Origin: a virus
Length of the DNA: 64,000 nucleotides
Direction: 5' to 3' (one strand)
IMG/VR virus record: IMGVR_UViG_3300047554_000685
Span: 1-64,000 of that record
Shown here piece after piece: positions 62,555-64,000 of the stretch. The translations under genes were made by a program, and so were the position numbers. The notes beneath the pieces are model-generated. The model was not told the origin of the DNA and did no database searches. It worked only from the letters and a program-made list of their open reading frames with translations. Position 1 is the first letter of the stretch. Every line of letters begins with the position of its first letter.

Positions 62555-64000
62555 ACCCCTACTAAACGCATATTTAGCCGTAAGCCTAGCTTTTCTTTTC
62601 CCCCTAGCAGCAGGCTCTACTATTTCATATGCCTCGGTTGACCCTGCCCAGCAGGTTGCCGATCTCCAGCAGGATCTACAGACATACACTCAGCAATACT
62701 CAACCTATACAGGGCACTACCAGACCTATGCCCCCGAAAGAATAAACGAACTAAATGACTTTGCATCAGCATTAACCCCATTCTCTTCGGCCGTATCCAG
62801 CGCAAGTTCAGCACTACAGAACCACTACACTGCTTTATCAGCCCTTCAGGTTGCACAGGCAAATGTAGATGCAGTACCAGGGCAGATCGCTACAGCTCAG
62901 GCTTCGTTAGAAGTTGCACAAACAAACTATGACACAGCGTCTGCCTCTTTAGCTGCTTTACAACCGAGTTACTCAGAAGCTTTGTCAGCTAGAGACACTG
63001 CCTACACTAACTACCTATCAACCGTTGTCAACTCAAGCATTATTGAAAACTTTGACGGAAACCAAATTACCTCAGGAATTCAGTTTCTACTAAACGGAAC
63101 TACCGGATTAGTTTCAAATACTGGCAACCCGATGATCACCAGTCAGCGAATTTATGTAAATGGGAATGGTGCAAATCTACACATTATTCCGCCAGTCAAT
63201 TCTTCTCCAACAGCTCTCGGCTTCGAGACATATGCACGCAATGGCGATCAAACCATCACTGTTACTTTCACCGACAACACCACTGCTACTTTTATCAACC
63301 CTAATGGTGTTGGTAACTCCAACTGCCCAAATTACTACTGCAATGTTTCCTATACTGCACCAACAGGCAAAATAATTAAGTCCTATATCATTCCAGGCGA
63401 CTTTGACATTCTCTACCTAGACAAGTTTACATTCACTAGTAACTCTTACGATGTAACCGCACAGCAAACTTATCTAGATGCGCAAGCAGCTTTAGATGCT
63501 TTGACCCCAAACTACACTGCAGCAACCAATGCAGTAAGTTCAACAAGTGCTACACTCGCGAGTTCTCAGCAAAATTATGACAATTTATCTGCTCCAAGCT
63601 ACCTCCAGAATCTAGAAACGATCCGTGACAACGCACAGCAAGCTTCATCCGATGCTTCAACAACCCTCATAGAAGCAATAAACACTGCTACAGTTGTAAA
63701 ACAAGCAGTAGTAGCTGCTATTTCCGCCATTACTTTACCGCCTACCAGCCTAGAAGTTACCTCTACAGCCGATACCACCGACACAGGTACCCTCCGCTGG
63801 GCAATTACACAGGCTAACGCACAGGCTGGTGGCATCTACGATCTCATCACTATTAAGACAACAGAGCCAATCGTTCTGACCGCAAACCTCCCGTTAATTA
63901 CCCAGAACGTCACAATCACTTCTGCCAACCGAGCAACCTCGATTATTGATGGTAATGCTCTTTATACCGCATTTGATATGAGAGGCAGCTCCCTCACACT
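62532..64000 (+). CDS. large secreted/surface protein, runs off window (not in track)
   Basis: ATG 62532, signal-like MRLNLRNRPLLNAYLAVSLAFLFPLAAG, coiled coil, CSLREA-like 'VTSTADTTDTGTLRWAITQAN'; no stop seen to 64000. Confidence 0.75.
   Translation, partial: MRLNLRNRPLLNAYLAVSLAFLFPLAAGSTISYASVDPAQQVADLQQDLQTYTQQYSTYTGHYQTYAPERINELNDFASALTPFSSAVSSASSALQNHYTALSALQVAQANVDAVPGQIATAQASLEVAQTNYDTASASLAALQPSYSEALSARDTAYTNYLSTVVNSSIIENFDGNQITSGIQFLLNGTTGLVSNTGNPMITSQRIYVNGNGANLHIIPPVNSSPTALGFETYARNGDQTITVTFTDNTTATFINPNGVGNSNCPNYYCNVSYTAPTGKIIKSYIIPGDFDILYLDKFTFTSNSYDVTAQQTYLDAQAALDALTPNYTAATNAVSSTSATLASSQQNYDNLSAPSYLQNLETIRDNAQQASSDASTTLIEAINTATVVKQAVVAAISAITLPPTSLEVTSTADTTDTGTLRWAITQANAQAGGIYDLITIKTTEPIVLTANLPLITQNVTITSANRATSIIDGNALYTAFDMRGSSLT

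Noticed and set aside
1-64000. tRNA, rRNA, tmRNA, integrase, intein/intron
   Set aside because: No cloverleaf or T-loop signatures, recombinase motifs or interrupted terL/portal noticed by eye; tRNAscan/Infernal not run.

Overview
A 64-kb piece of a tailed dsDNA (siphovirus-type) phage genome, most likely infecting an actinobacterium. Evidence for the host: actinophage-style head and tail proteins, a ClgR-like HTH, actinobacterial-type SSB and heme oxygenase, and many leaderless genes; a freshwater Microbacteriaceae host is a guess only. Nearly everything is on the - strand. Layout: (i) 1-29 kb virion morphogenesis: distal tail, tape measure, frameshifted tail chaperones, major tail, capsid, multidomain protease, a giant internal-protein candidate, Dps, portal, terminase large subunit. 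(ii) 29-32.3 kb heme oxygenase, DUF2218, HTH, membrane proteins, NlpC/P60 and a structured leader. (iii) 32.7-49.6 kb about 20 self-contained promoter-RBS-gene(s)-terminator cassettes. (iv) 49.6-59 kb 2OG-Fe oxygenases, a degenerate CHAP protein, a probable terminase small subunit and sugar-modification genes. (v) 59-64 kb a divergent intergenic region and + strand genes. Two things stand out. First, in the cassette region the coding DNA appears purged of GATC/AGCT/CCGG/GGCC/GCWGC/CCWGG while the spacers between cassettes are packed with those same restriction-type sites. Second, a 1733-aa head-module protein is punctuated by a repeated G[FL]DQ linker and appears joined by a -1 frameshift (C CCA AAA + hairpin) to two ArdC-type anti-restriction modules, giving a ~2500-aa polyprotein. 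All motif counts were made by eye and need computational confirmation.
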